Shown here one piece after another: positions 28,220 to 42,900 of a stretch of DNA of 64,000 nt. The notes under the pieces were generated by a model. It was not told where the DNA came from and made no database searches. It saw only the letters and a program-made list of their open reading frames with translations. Source of the DNA: the human T2T-CHM13v2.0 reference genome, Homo sapiens. The translations under genes and the position numbers were made by a program. The DNA lies in assembly GCF_009914755.1 (NCBI RefSeq), contig NC_060925.1; one strand, 5' to 3'. Numbering within the stretch: the first letter of the stretch is position 1; the number at the start of each line of letters is the position of its first letter.

Positions 28220-29415
28220 ACATTAGGCTGAATGAAAGAAGTCAGTTATGAAAGACCACATATTGTACATTTATATTTATATTGAAGGTCCAGAACAGGA
28301 AAATCTATACAGATAAAAGTAGATTACTGATTGGCTGGTGCTCATGGGATTTTAACAAATGGGGGAGTAATTGCAAATGAATAGAGTATTTCTTTTTTTT
28401 CTTATTTATTATTATTTTTTCTTTTATAATACTTTAAGTTCTGGGATACACGTGCAGAACATACAGGTTTGTTACATAGGTATACACGTGCCATGGTGGT
28501 TTGGTGCACCCATCAACCTGTCATCTACATTAGGTATTTCTCCTAATGCTATCCCTCTGCTAGCCCCCAACCCCCCAACAGGCCCCTGTGTGTGATATTC
28601 CCCTCCCTGTGTCCATGTGTTCTCATTGTTCAACTCCCACTTATGAGTGAGAACATGCAGTGTTTGGTTTTCTGTTCTTGTGTTAGTTTGCTGAGAATGA
28701 TGGTCTCCAGCTTCATCCATGTCCCTGAAAAGGACATGAACTCATCCTTTTTTATGGTTGCATAATATTCCATAGTGTATATGTGCCACATTTTCTTTAT
28801 CCAGTCTATCATTGATGGGCATTTGGGTTGGTTCCAAGTCTTTGCTATTGTGAACAGTGCCACAATAAACATATGTGTGCAAGTGTCTTTATAGGACAAT
28901 GATTTATAATCCTTTGGGTATATACCCAGTAATGGGATTCCTGGGTCAAATGGTATTTCTGGATCTAGATCCTTGAGGAATCACCAGAGTGTCTTCCACA
29001 ATGGTTGAACTAATTTACACTCCCATCAACAGTGTAAAAGTGTTCCTATTTCTCCACATCCTCTCCAGCATCTGTTGTTTCATGACTTTTTAATGATTGC
29101 CATTCTACCTGGCATGAGATGGTATCTCATTGTGGTTTACATTTGCTTTTCTCTAATGGCCAGTGATGAAGAGCTGTTTTTCATATGTTTGTTGGCCGCA
29201 TAAATGTCTTCTTTTGAGAAGTGTCTGTTCATAAAATGTCTTCTTTTGAGAAGTGTCTCTTCATATCCTTCGCCCACTTTTTGATGGGATTTTTTGTATT
29301 TTTCTTGTAAATTTGTTTAAGTTCTTGGTAGATTCTGGATATTAGCCCTTTGTCAGATAGATAGAGTACAAAAATTTTCTCCCATTCTGTAGGTTGCCTT
29401 CACTCTGATGATAGT

Positions 29416-30780
29416 TTATTTTGCTGTGCAGAAGCTCTTTAGTTTAATTAGATGAGAATTGTCAATTTTTGCTTTTGTTACCATTGGTTTTGGTGTTTCA
29501 GTCATGAAGTCTTTGCCCATGCCTATGACCTGAATGGTATTGCCAAGGTTTTCTTCTAGGGTTTTTATGGTTTTAGGTCTGACATTTAAGTCTTTAATCC
29601 AGCTTGAGTTAATTTTTGTATAAGGTGTAAGGAAGGGGTCCAGTTTCAATTTTCTGCATATGGCTAGCCAGTTTTCCCAACACCATGTATTAAATAGGGA
29701 ATGCTTTTTCCATTGCTTGTTTTTGTCAGGTTTGTCAAAGACCAAATGGTTGTAGATGTGTGGCATTTTTTCTGTGGCTTCTGTTCTTTTCCATTGGTCT
29801 ATATATATGTTTTGGTACCAGTACCATGCTGTTTTGGTTACTGTAGACTTGTAGTATAGTTTGAAGTCAGGTAGCATGATGCCTCCAGCTTTGTTCTTTT
29901 TGCTTAGGATTGTCTTGGCTATACAGGTTCTTTTTTGGTACCGTATGAAATTTAAAGTAGTTTTTTCTAATTCTATGAAGAAAGTCAGTGGTAGCTTGAT
30001 GGGGATAGCATTGAATCTATAAATTATTTTGGGCATTATGGCCATTTTCACGATACTGATTCTTCCTATCCATGAGCATGGAATGTTTTTCCCTTTGTTT
30101 GTGTCCTCTCTTATTTCCTGGAGCAGTGGTTTGTAGTTCTCCTTGAAGAGGTCCTTCAAATCCCTTGTAAGTTGTATTCCTAGGTATTTAATTCTCTTTG
30201 TAGCAATTGTGAATGGTAGGTCACTCATGATTTGGCTTTCTGTATGTCTATTATTGGTGTACAGGAATGCTTGTGATTTTTGCACATTGATTTTGTATCC
30301 TGAGACTTTGCTGAATTTGCTTATCAGCTTAAGGAGATTTGGGGCTGAGACAATGGGGTTTTCTAAATATACAATCATGTCATCTGCAAACAGAGACAAT
30401 TTGACTTCCTCTCTTCCTATTTGAATAAACTTTATTTCTTTCTCTTGCCTGATTGTCCTGGCCAGAACTTCCAATACTATGTTGAATAGGAGTGGTGAGA
30501 GAGGGCATCCTCGGCTTGTGCCAGTTTTCAAAGGGAATGCTTCCAGCTTTTGCCCATTCAGTATAATATTGGCTGTGTGTTTGTCATAAATAGCTCTTAT
30601 TATTTGGAGATACGTTCTATCAACACCTAGTTTATTGATGGGTTTTAGCATGAAGGGGTGTGGAATTTTATCGAAGGCCTTTTCTGCATTTATTGAGATA
30701 ATCATGTGGTTTTTGTCATTGGTTCTGTTTATGGGATGGATTACATTTATTGATTTACCTATGTTTAACCAGCCTTGCAT
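29416..30780 (-). pseudogene. L1 ORF2p remnant (reverse transcriptase and downstream region), 454 aa open segment
   Basis: Motifs [38 protein letters not shown] and KYLGIQLT; the rest of ORF2 is frameshifted or inverted. Confidence 0.93.
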
Positions 30781-30840
30781 CCCAGGGATGAAGCCAACTT
30801 GATCATGGTGGATAAGGTTTTTGATGTGCTGCTGGATTCA

Positions 30841-30963
<123 letters not shown>

Positions 30964-31765
30964 TCAGTTAGTGGGGAGTCCCTCTTTTTCTGTTGTTTGG
31001 AATAGTTTAGAATAGTTTCAGAAAGAATGGTCCCAGCTGCTTTTTGTATCTCTGGTAGAATTCAGCTGTGAATCCATCTGGTCCTGGGCTTTTTTTGGTT
31101 GGTAGACTATTAGTTACTGCCTCAAATTCAGAACTTATTGGTCTATTCAGGGATTCGACTTCTTTTTGGTTTATTCTTGGGGGAGTGTATGTGTTCAGGA
31201 ATTTATCCATTTCTTCTAGATTTTCTAGTTTGTTTACATAGAGGTGTTTATAGTATTCTCTGATGGTAGTTTGTATTTCTGTGGAGTCAATGATAATATC
31301 CCCTTTATCATTTCTTACTATGTCTATTTGATTCCTCTCTCTCTTCTTCTTTATTAGTCTGGCTAGCAGTCTATCTATTTTGTTGATCTTTTCAAAAAAC
31401 AATCTCCTGGATTCATTGATTTTTGAAGGGTTTTTGGTGTGTCTATCTCCTTCAGTTCTGCTCTGACCTTAGTTATTTCTTGTCTTCTGCTAGCTTTTGA
31501 ATGTGTTTGCCCTTGCTTCTCTAGTTCTTTTAATTGTGATATTAGGGTGTCAATTTTAGATTTTTCCTGCTTTCTCCTGCGGGCATTTAGTGCTATAAAT
31601 TTCCCTGTTAACACTGCTTTAGTCATGTCCCAGAGGTCCTGGTACATTGTGTCTTTCTTCTCATTGGTTTCAAAGAACATCTTTATTTCTGCCTTCATTT
31701 CGTTATGTACCCAGTAGTCATTCAGGAGCAGGTTGTTCAGTTTCCATGTAGTTGTATGGTTTTGA

Positions 31766-32216
<451 letters not shown>

Positions 32217-33169
32217 TAGACAAAAGAATTTTCAACCCAGAATTTTATATCCAGCCAAACTAAGCTTCATAAGTGAAGGAGAAATAAACTCCTTTACAGA
32301 CAATCACATGTTGAGAGATTTTATTACCACCAGGCTTGCCTTACAAGAGCTCCTGAAGGAAAGACTAAACATGGAAAGGAATAACTGGTACCAACCACTG
32401 CAAAAACATACCAAATTGTAAAGACCATTGACACTCTGAAGAAACTGTCTCAACTAATGGGCAAAATAACCAGCTAGCATCATAATGACAGGATCAAATT
32501 CACACATAACAATATAAATCTTAAATGTAAAGGGGCTAAATGCCTCAATTAAAAGACACAGACTGGCAAATTGGATAAAGTGTCAAGACCCATGGGTGTG
32601 CTGTATTCAGGAGACACATCTCTCGTGCAGAGATACACATAGGCTTAAAATTAAGAAATGGAGGAATATTTACCAAGCAAATGGAAAGCAAAACAACAAC
32701 AACAACAAAAAAGCAGGGGTTGCAATCCTAGTTCTGATAAAACAGACTTTAAACCAACAAAGATAAAAAAAGACAAGGTCATTACATAATGGTAAAAGTA
32801 TCAATGCAATAAAAAGAGCTAACTATCTTAAATATATATGCACCCAATACAGGAACACCCAGATTCATAAATCAAGTTTTTAGAGACCTACAAAGAGACT
32901 TAGACTCCCACACAATAATAGTGAGAGACATTAACACCCCACTGTCAATATTAGACAGGTCAATGAGACAGAAAATTAACAAGGATATTCAGGACTTGAA
33001 CTCAGCTCTGGACCAAGTGGACCTAATAGACATCTACAGAACTCTCCACCCCAAATCAACAGAATATACAGTATTTCTAAATATCATTGAATTGCATTAT
33101 TTAAGTTGGTGGATGTTATGTGCATTATATTCTAAAAAGCCATTATTTAAAATATAATTTGTCATGTTG

Positions 33170-34860
33170 ACCGAACTGTAAATAAAGCATATTATCTCTC
33201 AATAGATGCATAAAAAGCATTTGAGAGAATCCAACATCCATTTCTGCAAAATATTTCAACAAATGAGTTATAGTGTTGATATGGTTTGTCTCTGTGTTCC
33301 CACCTACATCTCACCTTGAATTGTAATAATCTCCATATATTAAGGGTGGGACCAGGTGGAGAAAATTGAATCCTGGGGGTGGTTCCTCCCATACTGTTCT
33401 TGTGATAGTGAGTTCTCATGTGATCTGATGGATTTATAAGGGGCTTTTACCCCTTTTGCTTGGCACTTCTCCTTGCTGCCGCCACGTGAAGAGGACATGT
33501 TTGCTTCCCCTTCCACCATGATTGTAAGTTTCCTGAAACCCCCAGCCATGCTGAACTATTAGTCAATTAAACCTTTATAAACCTTCCTTTATAAATTACC
33601 CAGACTTCGGTATGCCTTTATTAGCAGCATGAGAATGGACTAATACAAGCAGTGAACTTTTTCAATCTACAAATCTACAGCTAAATTTATACTTTATAGT
33701 GAAATGATATGTGTTTTATTATAATGTCAAGAATAAGAAAAGACTGTTCTTGAAGTTTCTATTCAGCATGGAACCATATATTCTAGCCAATGTAGTAAGG
33801 CAAGAAAAATATATAACAGTTATCTAATGGAAAAGAAGTAAAAGTAGCTTCATTGCAAACAACAAAATATGTGTAAGGCATCCAACAAAATGTACAAAAG
33901 TCTGCCAAAACTAATAAGACTAATGAGTGAGGTTAGAAAGATTGTTGGAAGAAATAAATTGTGTCTGTATATTAACAGTGAACAATCAGAATTTGAAATA
34001 AAAAATACCAATCCTAATAAAAATTCCAACAGGTTTTTATTCCTGGAAATTGACAAATAAATTATAAATTGTACACAGATATTCAGCAAATTTTGGATAG
34101 GCAAAAGAACTTTATAAAAAGCTCTTTAGAGAAGGATTAAGTACACACAATTTCAAGAATTATTTCAAATTAATCACCACATGAAATGATGGTGAGGATG
34201 TGGAGGAACTGAAATTCTCATACACTGCCATTGAGAATGAAAATAATACTACCACTTTAAAAAATGGAGCAGTTTCTTATAAAGTTAAGTATACTGTCAA
34301 CATAAAATCAAGCTATTTCATTCTGAAGTATTTATCCAAGATAATTGAAAGCATATGCCCATATCAAGGCTTGTACGTGAATATTGATAGCAATTTTATT
34401 TGTAATATCTAAATATGTAACAACTCAAATGGCCAACAACAGAGGAATGGAAAAATTAAAGTAAATTCGTACAATGGACTATCACCCAGAAGTAAAAAGG
34501 AATAAAACATTATTATACACAATAGTATATATGCATTCCAAAATATTTGTTTTATGAAAGTAGCACAACTGTATAATCCCATTCATGTAAAATTTGAGAG
34601 AATTAAAACTAATCTAGAATGGCATAAAATAAATCTATGGTTGTCATGCCATGGTGTAGGGTGAATGGTGACAGCAGAGATCTAGTGTAGTTTAGGATTC
34701 TAAAGAGCCATATCAAGAAATTATTGGATATATATGTTGAATACATGTTGATTTTTGAGATGGTTTCACAGGCATACACATATGTCAAACTTACCAAATT
34801 ATACACATTAAATATGTGCAGTTTATTGTATATCAACTATACCTCAATAAAAATATTTTG
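33170..34860 (+). mobile_element. Old L1M (L1MC/MD-like) ORF2 fragments and 3' UTR
   Basis: TATCTCTCAATAGATGCATAAAAAGCATTTGA; ends GTTTATTGTATATCAACTATACCTCAATAAA. Confidence 0.7.
33277..33647 (+). mobile_element. THE1D-like LTR
   Basis: TGATATGGTTTGTCTCTGTG...GGACTAATACA. Confidence 0.9.
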
Positions 34861-35539
34861 AAAGTATTTGTTTTAAAACTTCCTTACCAGTAAAACAATG
34901 GAATCAAAATATTCACAATGTCAAATTTGCAGGTTTAAGTAGATACTGAATGATTTCTGAAGGAGTGGAGTGGCCAAATGATTTACAATTTAAAGAGATT
35001 TTCCCGGATTTAAGGCAATACTAGTTATAAAGAAATCCCTTTAATGTTTTTTCCCTACAATTTAGATGCGAAATGATGGTTAATTGAACTAGTGGTGTTT
35101 TTAGATATTTAGAGAGATATGAGTGGCATATGGATATATTTAGGAGGGACTTTGTGATTAATGTGTGTGTAAAGGATGTGAAGGAGTTAAGGATTCCTAG
35201 AATTCTCATTTGGGAAACTGAGTAGATGGTGTTAAGCATTAATAAGTTTTGCTTTTATAGAAAATTATTTCATTTTAGTCAAATAAATGGAAAAGGATTC
35301 TGTGACAGATTTAGAGAATAAATGTGAAGTTGTATGAGATTGTAGGACATATACATCAGTAGAAAGATTGAAACAGATGAGGAAAGTTAATCATAGCTAC
35401 TCATAGTCTGGATAGGATACCAAAGCGATGAGATGTAGGGTGTGTTCATTACAAAGCTTTTCTTCATTTCATTTCAGCCGTCCTCTGCAGTGCTGGAGTG
35501 GGGAGTCAAGGAGTTGGCTTTCTGGTTTCTAGGTGCATA

Positions 35540-36150
35540 TTCCTCATCTAATACACCTCTTATCAAGTATTGGCATCTACTCTCTAATATCCCTAGTAAA
35601 TAATCATTATGTCTCTTCTTGAAACTGTGCTTTGACAGGAACAATTCTCTGGTAAGGGCTGTCTCAATCAGCCATTAAAATTATTGCAAGGTTTTTTTAT
35701 GTTAAATTCAATATCTACCCCCTTATTAATTCAATTAGAATATTTTTGAAGGCCTATTATATTGAAGTCTTACAAAAACCACTATGATTAGATAGAAAAG
35801 GAATTTTAAAATATACCTGTCCTTTATTGACTCATAGCCTACTGGATTCTTACCTTACTGAATTCCAAAGATTATTCTTTGTTCATCAGAGCATGAAATA
35901 TGAGGTGCATGTATTCCACATAACAGTTCTTCAAGAATTTCATAACAATGCTCAAATCCATCCTAATTCTACTTAGGCTAAATATATTTACTTTCCCAAA
36001 TTTTCTTCAAACACCGTGTCTTGAGTTCAATGTGGTAGTTGTTTCAAGGAATCCTTCATTTTATTAATGCTCTCCTAAAAGTGTTTCACAAAGTTATGAT
36101 AACCAATTCAAATACAATGTGCAAACGTTAATGCAGTCTAACATGGCTTT
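35540..36150 (-). mobile_element. L3/CR1 remnant
   Basis: AACAGTTCTTCAAGAATTT...AGGCTAAATATATTTACTTTCC resembles the CR1/L3 consensus; very degenerate. Confidence 0.45.
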
Positions 36151-36239
36151 AGATCATGTGGCAAGTAAAATCACTGTCGTGTCACATTCAGCCCCTAGAC
36201 AAATGAGTACGGAGAGATAGAAAAACAACTAATTTGTGG

Positions 36240-36745
36240 TTTAGTGTTCTCACTTCTAGTCAGCAGCATCAGCTCTAATTTAAGCTGAAAGGAAATTATT
36301 TAGGGATATATAGATAAGTCACTGTACCCTTGAGATGACTGAAGAAACAAACAAACTCTAGACTGAGATTCCTAGGATGACTGTTAGCTCTCCATACTGT
36401 AGTACAAGTCCTCCAAAGGGGCGACAGCAATTAACACAATCAGGAAGCACTAAGTCAGTAGGCTGCCACAGAACTGCCACGGCTCCTAGTAACAGAAGTA
36501 CATAATTTCTGCCATAGTTCAGACACTGCTGAATTAGGAACTGCCACACCAGCTGCCAGTTTCAGGATATGCTCTTACTGCCACAATCAGCATGAGAAAA
36601 GGGGATATCCCATTGTGTATCTCTTTCCCTGTGTAATTCAGCCAGAATCAATGTCATAAACAGGGACATATGATTTCCAAAACCCAAATCACTAAAACAC
36701 ATCCTACAGCAGGTAAACCAGAAAAGGGAGCTTGATAGATTTCAC
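36240..36745 (-). mobile_element. Old MLT1 (K/L-like) LTR
   Basis: CTCTAATTTAAGCTGAAAGGAAATTATTTAGGGATAT start; approximate boundaries. Confidence 0.45.
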
Positions 36746-36964
36746 TCCGTAATGATGAGATTTACACTTTGCAAACAAACAACATGGGAAGAGAGTGACA
36801 AACAGATGTGGGGTAAACTGATATCATTATTATCTGTTCATAATTTTTCAACATCAAGCTACATATATTTACATATCTATATTTCTATGTCTCTATATCT
36901 GTCAATATCTATGAAATTCAGATACCAAAAAAAAAAAAAACCACATTCCCACTTATATTGGCCT

Positions 36965-39900
36965 CAGGTAAATCCCATAACTCTTCTCTCTAGCCCTCCC
37001 CAGAGGGACCTGTGGTCATGTCCCAGAGTGACTATACACTGGGCAAAGGGTAGTAATCAGGACTTCCAGGACTTATAAGATATTGACTCTCAAATTCATA
37101 TTAATCTCCGGAGATCTGGAAAACCACTTCGGTTTGAGCACTTAAGTCAAGTGATCAATGGAACTGTGATTCAAGTCAGTCTTATTGTGGTTCAGTGTGC
37201 TACAGACCAATCCTATGGTTATGATTCCACTTTTAGCATTTACGGTGGTAATAACTGGCAGAAAGCCACATGGGTTTCCCCAACCAGTGTGGGGATTTTA
37301 TGTTATGAAAGGTCAAGTAGAAGTCTCTGAAATAGTCTCTGTCTTCCTTTCTATTTTCTAAGATGTCAATAATGCATTCCTTGGAGAAAATAACAGATTT
37401 AAGTACCAAAATTAGAGAATGAAAAATGCAGATGTGATGATCCCTGTCCTATTTTTTTCTCTATATTTGACCCATGAATAAGCCAGGTATGTTATGAATA
37501 AGGACTGTTATCTCAAATGCAGTCTGATGGTAATGCCAATCACAGCTCCAGTTCTAGATACGATGTCTTTATAGTAGCAGATAAACAAGGACCTTTGTGT
37601 CCATTAACCAGTTATTGACTCAGAGAAAAATGCTTTTCTTCCCATCCTTATGAGAATAATCAAAAGAAATTTGCCTGAATGACAGGAAAAGTGTCTTGCC
37701 TTAACGCTATGTCAAAGGTACCATTCTCTGTCATAACATAGTCTAGAGAGATGCTGATCACCTGGATATCTTACACAGCATCATGCTCACTCATTACATG
37801 GATAACAGTATACTGATATGACCTAGTAAATGGGAAATAGTAAGAACTCTGGGGGCACTAGGATTCTGCCCCATGGATGAGGTTTCAAACTGAATTCAAG
37901 TGATTAATATCATATATGTTATGAAGTGTTTAAGCATCTTTCAACACATTCTTATAAAGGTTAAAATTTAGCTGTGAACAGTATTATTTCAGTGATTCAA
38001 TGAGGGTATGTAGGAAAATTTACTTTAAAGCATGAAATACGTTGCTGTACCTTGCATCCCTGACAGAAAGAGACACAAGCTTTTTGTGCCTTGCATTTCG
38101 AATAATAATCACATTTGAAAATGCTGCTTTGATTCATTTGCTGGTTTACCTACCTGTTTTGATTTATTTGCTGGTTTACCTACAAGGCTCAGCACTGAAA
38201 GAAAAAAAAAGATTCAGCTTCAATTCTGAGCTAATGTTCATATTGTCAGCCACTTGTGCTTTATGGCCTAGTAGATCCAATGGTATTGGAAGGATTGTGA
38301 TTAACAGAGAAGTTGCATAGAACTTCTGGAGAGCCATCATAAAATAACAGCACAGATTTTTAAGGTTCTGAAATAAAGCCGTGTCTTCTTCTACCAATAA
38401 CTATTCTCTATTTGAAATGCAGCCCTGCCTTGTTATTGGGAGTTTGTAGAATGAACACCTGTCCATGGGACACCACAGCTATGCAACTTGTATTGTACAT
38501 CATGAATTATTGTGGGTGATCTAATCCACTGAACCATAAAATTGGATGTGCATAGCAGCATTCCATTGTGAAATGAAAATGGTATATATTAGGCTTGGCC
38601 ACATAGGTTTGGGAAGGCACAAATAAACTGTATGAACAGATGGCTCAGAGTCCCATGGTACTTGCTCCTGCTGCTTCACTGCCTCTCCCTCAGCTACTGA
38701 TATGACCTCATGGGGAGTTTCCCATGATCAGTTAATGGAGTAACAAAAAATTTGAGGCTGGTTTACTGTTACATTTCCAAGATATACTGATACTGGCTGG
38801 AAGTAGACTGCTACTGCATACATCTGTGCTCCATAAAAACCCTTGAAAACAGTGGTAAAGAAAAATCCTTTTGATAGTTCACTTCCTATGGAAGTGATTA
38901 ATGCATCTACAGTGATTGATTAGGGGCAGCTAATGAATTGGCTGCTATCTAAGTTTCTGATTATATTGGAAAAAAAGAGAAGAATATTCTCCAAGGATTT
39001 CTTGGAAATAGGAATACAGACATACATTTTAGAATGGATAGAGTGTGAAGATATTTATATCCTACCTAAATTCCCACTAGGAGAAAGTCCACTTTGGTGC
39101 AAAGTATCAAAAATCTGGTAAACAAGATGAGCCATCCTGTGGATAACAGTATATCTTTTCCCCTAGTCATATTGCTTTTTTTAATTTTAATTTTTAATTT
39201 TTGTGGGTGCATATTAGGTGTGTATACTTACAGGGTACATGAGATACTTTGATATAGGCATGCAATGCGCAATAAGCACATCATGGAAAATGGGCTATGT
39301 ATCCCTTCAAGCATTTATTCCTTCAGTTATCAACAATCCAGTCACACTCTTTATTTTAAAATATACAATCAAGTTATTATTGACTATAGTCACCCTGTTG
39401 TGCTATCAAATAGTAGGTCTTATTCATTCTTCTATTTTTTTGACCCATTAATCATCCCCACCTCCCCTCCATCCTACCACTATTCTTCCCAGCCTCTGGG
39501 CACATCCTTCTGCTCTCTATGTTCATGAATTCAATTGTGTTAATTTTTAGATCCCACAAATAAGTGAAAACGTGTGATGTTCATCTTTCTGTGCCTGCGT
39601 ATTTCACTTAACATAATGATATCCAGTTCCATCCCTGTTGTTGCAAATGACTGGATCTCATTCTTTTTATGGCTAAATAGTACTCCATTGTGTATATGTA
39701 CCACATTTTCTTTATCCATTCATCTTGTAATGGATATTTAGGTTGCTTCCATATCTTAGCTACTGTAAACAGTGCTGCAACTAAAATAGGAATGTAGATA
39801 TCTCTTCAATGTACTGATTTCCTTTCTTTTAGGTATATACCCAGCCATAGATTGCTGGATCATGTGGTAGCTCAATTTTTAGAGGAACCTCCAAACTGTT

Positions 39901-42900
39901 CTCCATAGTGGTTGTACTAATTTATATTCCCAGCAGCAGTATACAAGGGTTCCCTTTTCTCTGTGTCTTCGCCAGCATTTGTTATTGCCTGTCTTTTGAA
40001 TATAAGCCATTTTAACCGGGGTGAATGATATATAATTGTAGTTTTTATTTGCATTTTTCTGATGATGATGATCAACGATATTGAGCACCTTTTCATATGC
40101 TCTTTTGCCATTTGTATGTCTTTTTTGAGACATGTCTAATCAAATCTTTTGCCCATTTTTTGATCAGATTATTAGATTTTTTTTTTCCTATTGAGTTGTT
40201 TGAGCTCCTTATGTATTCTGGTTATAAATCCCTTGTCAGATGGATAGTTTGCAAATATTTTCTCCCATTCTGTGAGTTGTCTTTTCACATTGTTGATTGT
40301 ATGCTTTGCTGTGCAGAAGCTTTTTAACTTGATGTTATCCCTTTGTCTATTTTTGCTTTGCCTGTGCTTGTTGCATATTGCTAAAGAAATTTTTGCCCAG
40401 ACCAATGTCCTGGAGATTTCTCCCAATGTTTTCTTGTAGTAGTTTCATACTTTGAAGTCTAGAATCAAATCTTTGAGCCATTTTGATTTTATTTTTGTAT
40501 ATGGTAAGAAATAGGTATCTAGTTTCATTCCTCTGCAAATGGATATCCAGTTTTCCCAGCACAGTTTATTGAAGGGACTGTCTTTTCCTCAGTGTATGTT
40601 CTTGGCACCTTTGTCAAAATTGGGTTCACTGTGGGTGTGTAGATCTGTTTCTGGATTCTCTGTTCTGTTCCATTGGTTTATGTGTCTGTTTTTTTGCCAG
40701 TACCATGCTGTTTTGGTTTGCTTCCCTGTAGTATAATTTGAAATCAGGTAACGTGATTTCTCCAGTTTTGTTCTTTTTGCTTAGGACAGCTTTGGCTATT
40801 CTGGGTAATTTGTGGTGCCATACAAATTTTAGAATTTTTTTTTTATATTTCTGTTAAGAATGTCGTTGGTATTTTTATAGGGATTGCACTGAATCTGTAG
40901 ATTACTTTGGGTCATATGGGCATTTTAACAATAATGTTTCTTCCAATCCATGAACATAGAATAATTTTTCATTTTTTGTCTTCTTCAACTTCATTCATTA
41001 GTGTTTTATGGTTTTCATTATAGTGATCTCTCATTTATTTGGTTAATTTCTAGGTATTTAATTTTATGTATGGCTATTGTAAATGGGATTTTTTAAATTT
41101 CTTTTTTACATTCTTCACTGTTAGCATATAGAAATGCTACTGATTTGTGTATGTTGATTTTGTATCCTGAAACTTTACTGAATATGTTTATCAGTTCTAA
41201 TAGTTTTCTTCTAGAGTATTTAGGTTTTTCAAAATATAAGATCATACTATCTGCAAAAAAATTGACAATTTGACTTCTTCCTTTCCAATTTGGATAGCCT
41301 TTATATCTGTCTCTTGTATGACTGTTCTAGCTAGGATTTCCAGTACAATGTTGAATAACAGTGTTGACAGTGGGCATCCTTGTCATGTTACAGATATTAG
41401 AGGAAAGACTTTCAGTTTTTCCCCATTCAGTATGATACTAGCTGTGGGTCTGTCATATATGGCTTTTATTATGATTAGCCATGTTCCTTCTATCTCTAGT
41501 TTTTTGATGGTTTTTATCATGAATTTTATCATGTATGTTGAATTTTGTCAAATGCTTTTTCAGCATCAATTGAAATTTTATGGTCCTGGACTATAAGGTT
41601 GCCACTGAAAAGTCTGCTGCCAGATATATTAGAGCTGCATTTTACATTATTTGTTTCTTTTCTCCTGCTGCTTTTAGAATCTGTTCTTTATCCTTGATCT
41701 TTGGGAGTCTGCTTATTAAACACCTTAATGTAGTCTTCTTTGAATTAAATCTACTTGGTGTTCTAGAACCTTCTTGTACTTAGATACTGATATTTTTCTC
41801 TAGGTTTGGAAAAGTGTCTGTTATTATTCCTTTGAATAACATTTCTACCCCCATCTCTTTTGCAACTTCCTCCTAAAGGAAAATAAATCTTAGATTTGCC
41901 TTTTTGAGTCATTTTCTAGATCCTGTAGGCATGATTCATTGTTTTTATTCTTTTTTATTTTGTCTTCTCTGATTGTGTATTTTTAAATAGGCTGCTTCAA
42001 GCTCACTAATTCTTTCTTCTGCTTGATCCATTCTGCTATTAAAGAACACTGATACGTTCTTCAGTATGCCAATTGCATTTATCAGCTCCAGAATTTCTGC
42101 TTGATTCTTTTAATCATTTCAATCTCTTTGTTAAATTTATCTGATAGAATCCTGAATTTCTTCTCTGTGTTATCTTGAATTTATTTGAGTTTCCTCCACA
42201 CAGCTATTATGAATTCTGTCTGAAAGGTCACATATCTGTTTCTGCAGGACTGGTCCCTGGTTTCTTACTTAGTTCATTTGGTGAGATCATGTTTTCCTGG
42301 ATGGCGTTGATGCTAGTAGATGTTCTTCAGGGTCTCGGTATTGAAGAGTTAGATACTTATGGTAGTCTTCACTGTCTGAGCTAATTTGTAGCTGTCCTAT
42401 TTGGGAAGGCTTTCCAGATATTTGAAAGGACTTGACTGTTGTGATCAAAGCTGTAGCCACTTTAGGGGCCACCACAAACCCAGTAACACTGTGGTTCTTG
42501 CAGAGTTATGAGGTATCTGCCTTGATGGTCTTAACAAGATTCAGGAGAATTTTCTGGATTACCAGACAGAGATTCCTGTACTCCTCCCTTACTTTCTCCC
42601 AGAGCCTTTCTCTCTGTTCTGAGTCACCTAAAGCTGGAGGTGAAGTGACACAATCACCCCTTTTGCCACAACTACTATGACTGCACTGGGTCAGATCTGA
42701 AGCCAGCATAGCACTGGGTCTCCCCCAAGGCCTGCTGTAACCACTCCCAGGCTACTGCCTATGTTTGCTGAAAGCCCTGGAGCTCTACAATGATCAGGCG
42801 GAAAAGCAAGCCAGACTTGTCTCCTTTCCTCCATGGAAGTGAGGCCTCCCAGGCCCTGGAGAATCCAGAGGTGCTTTTTAGGAGTCAGAGACTACAGTTA

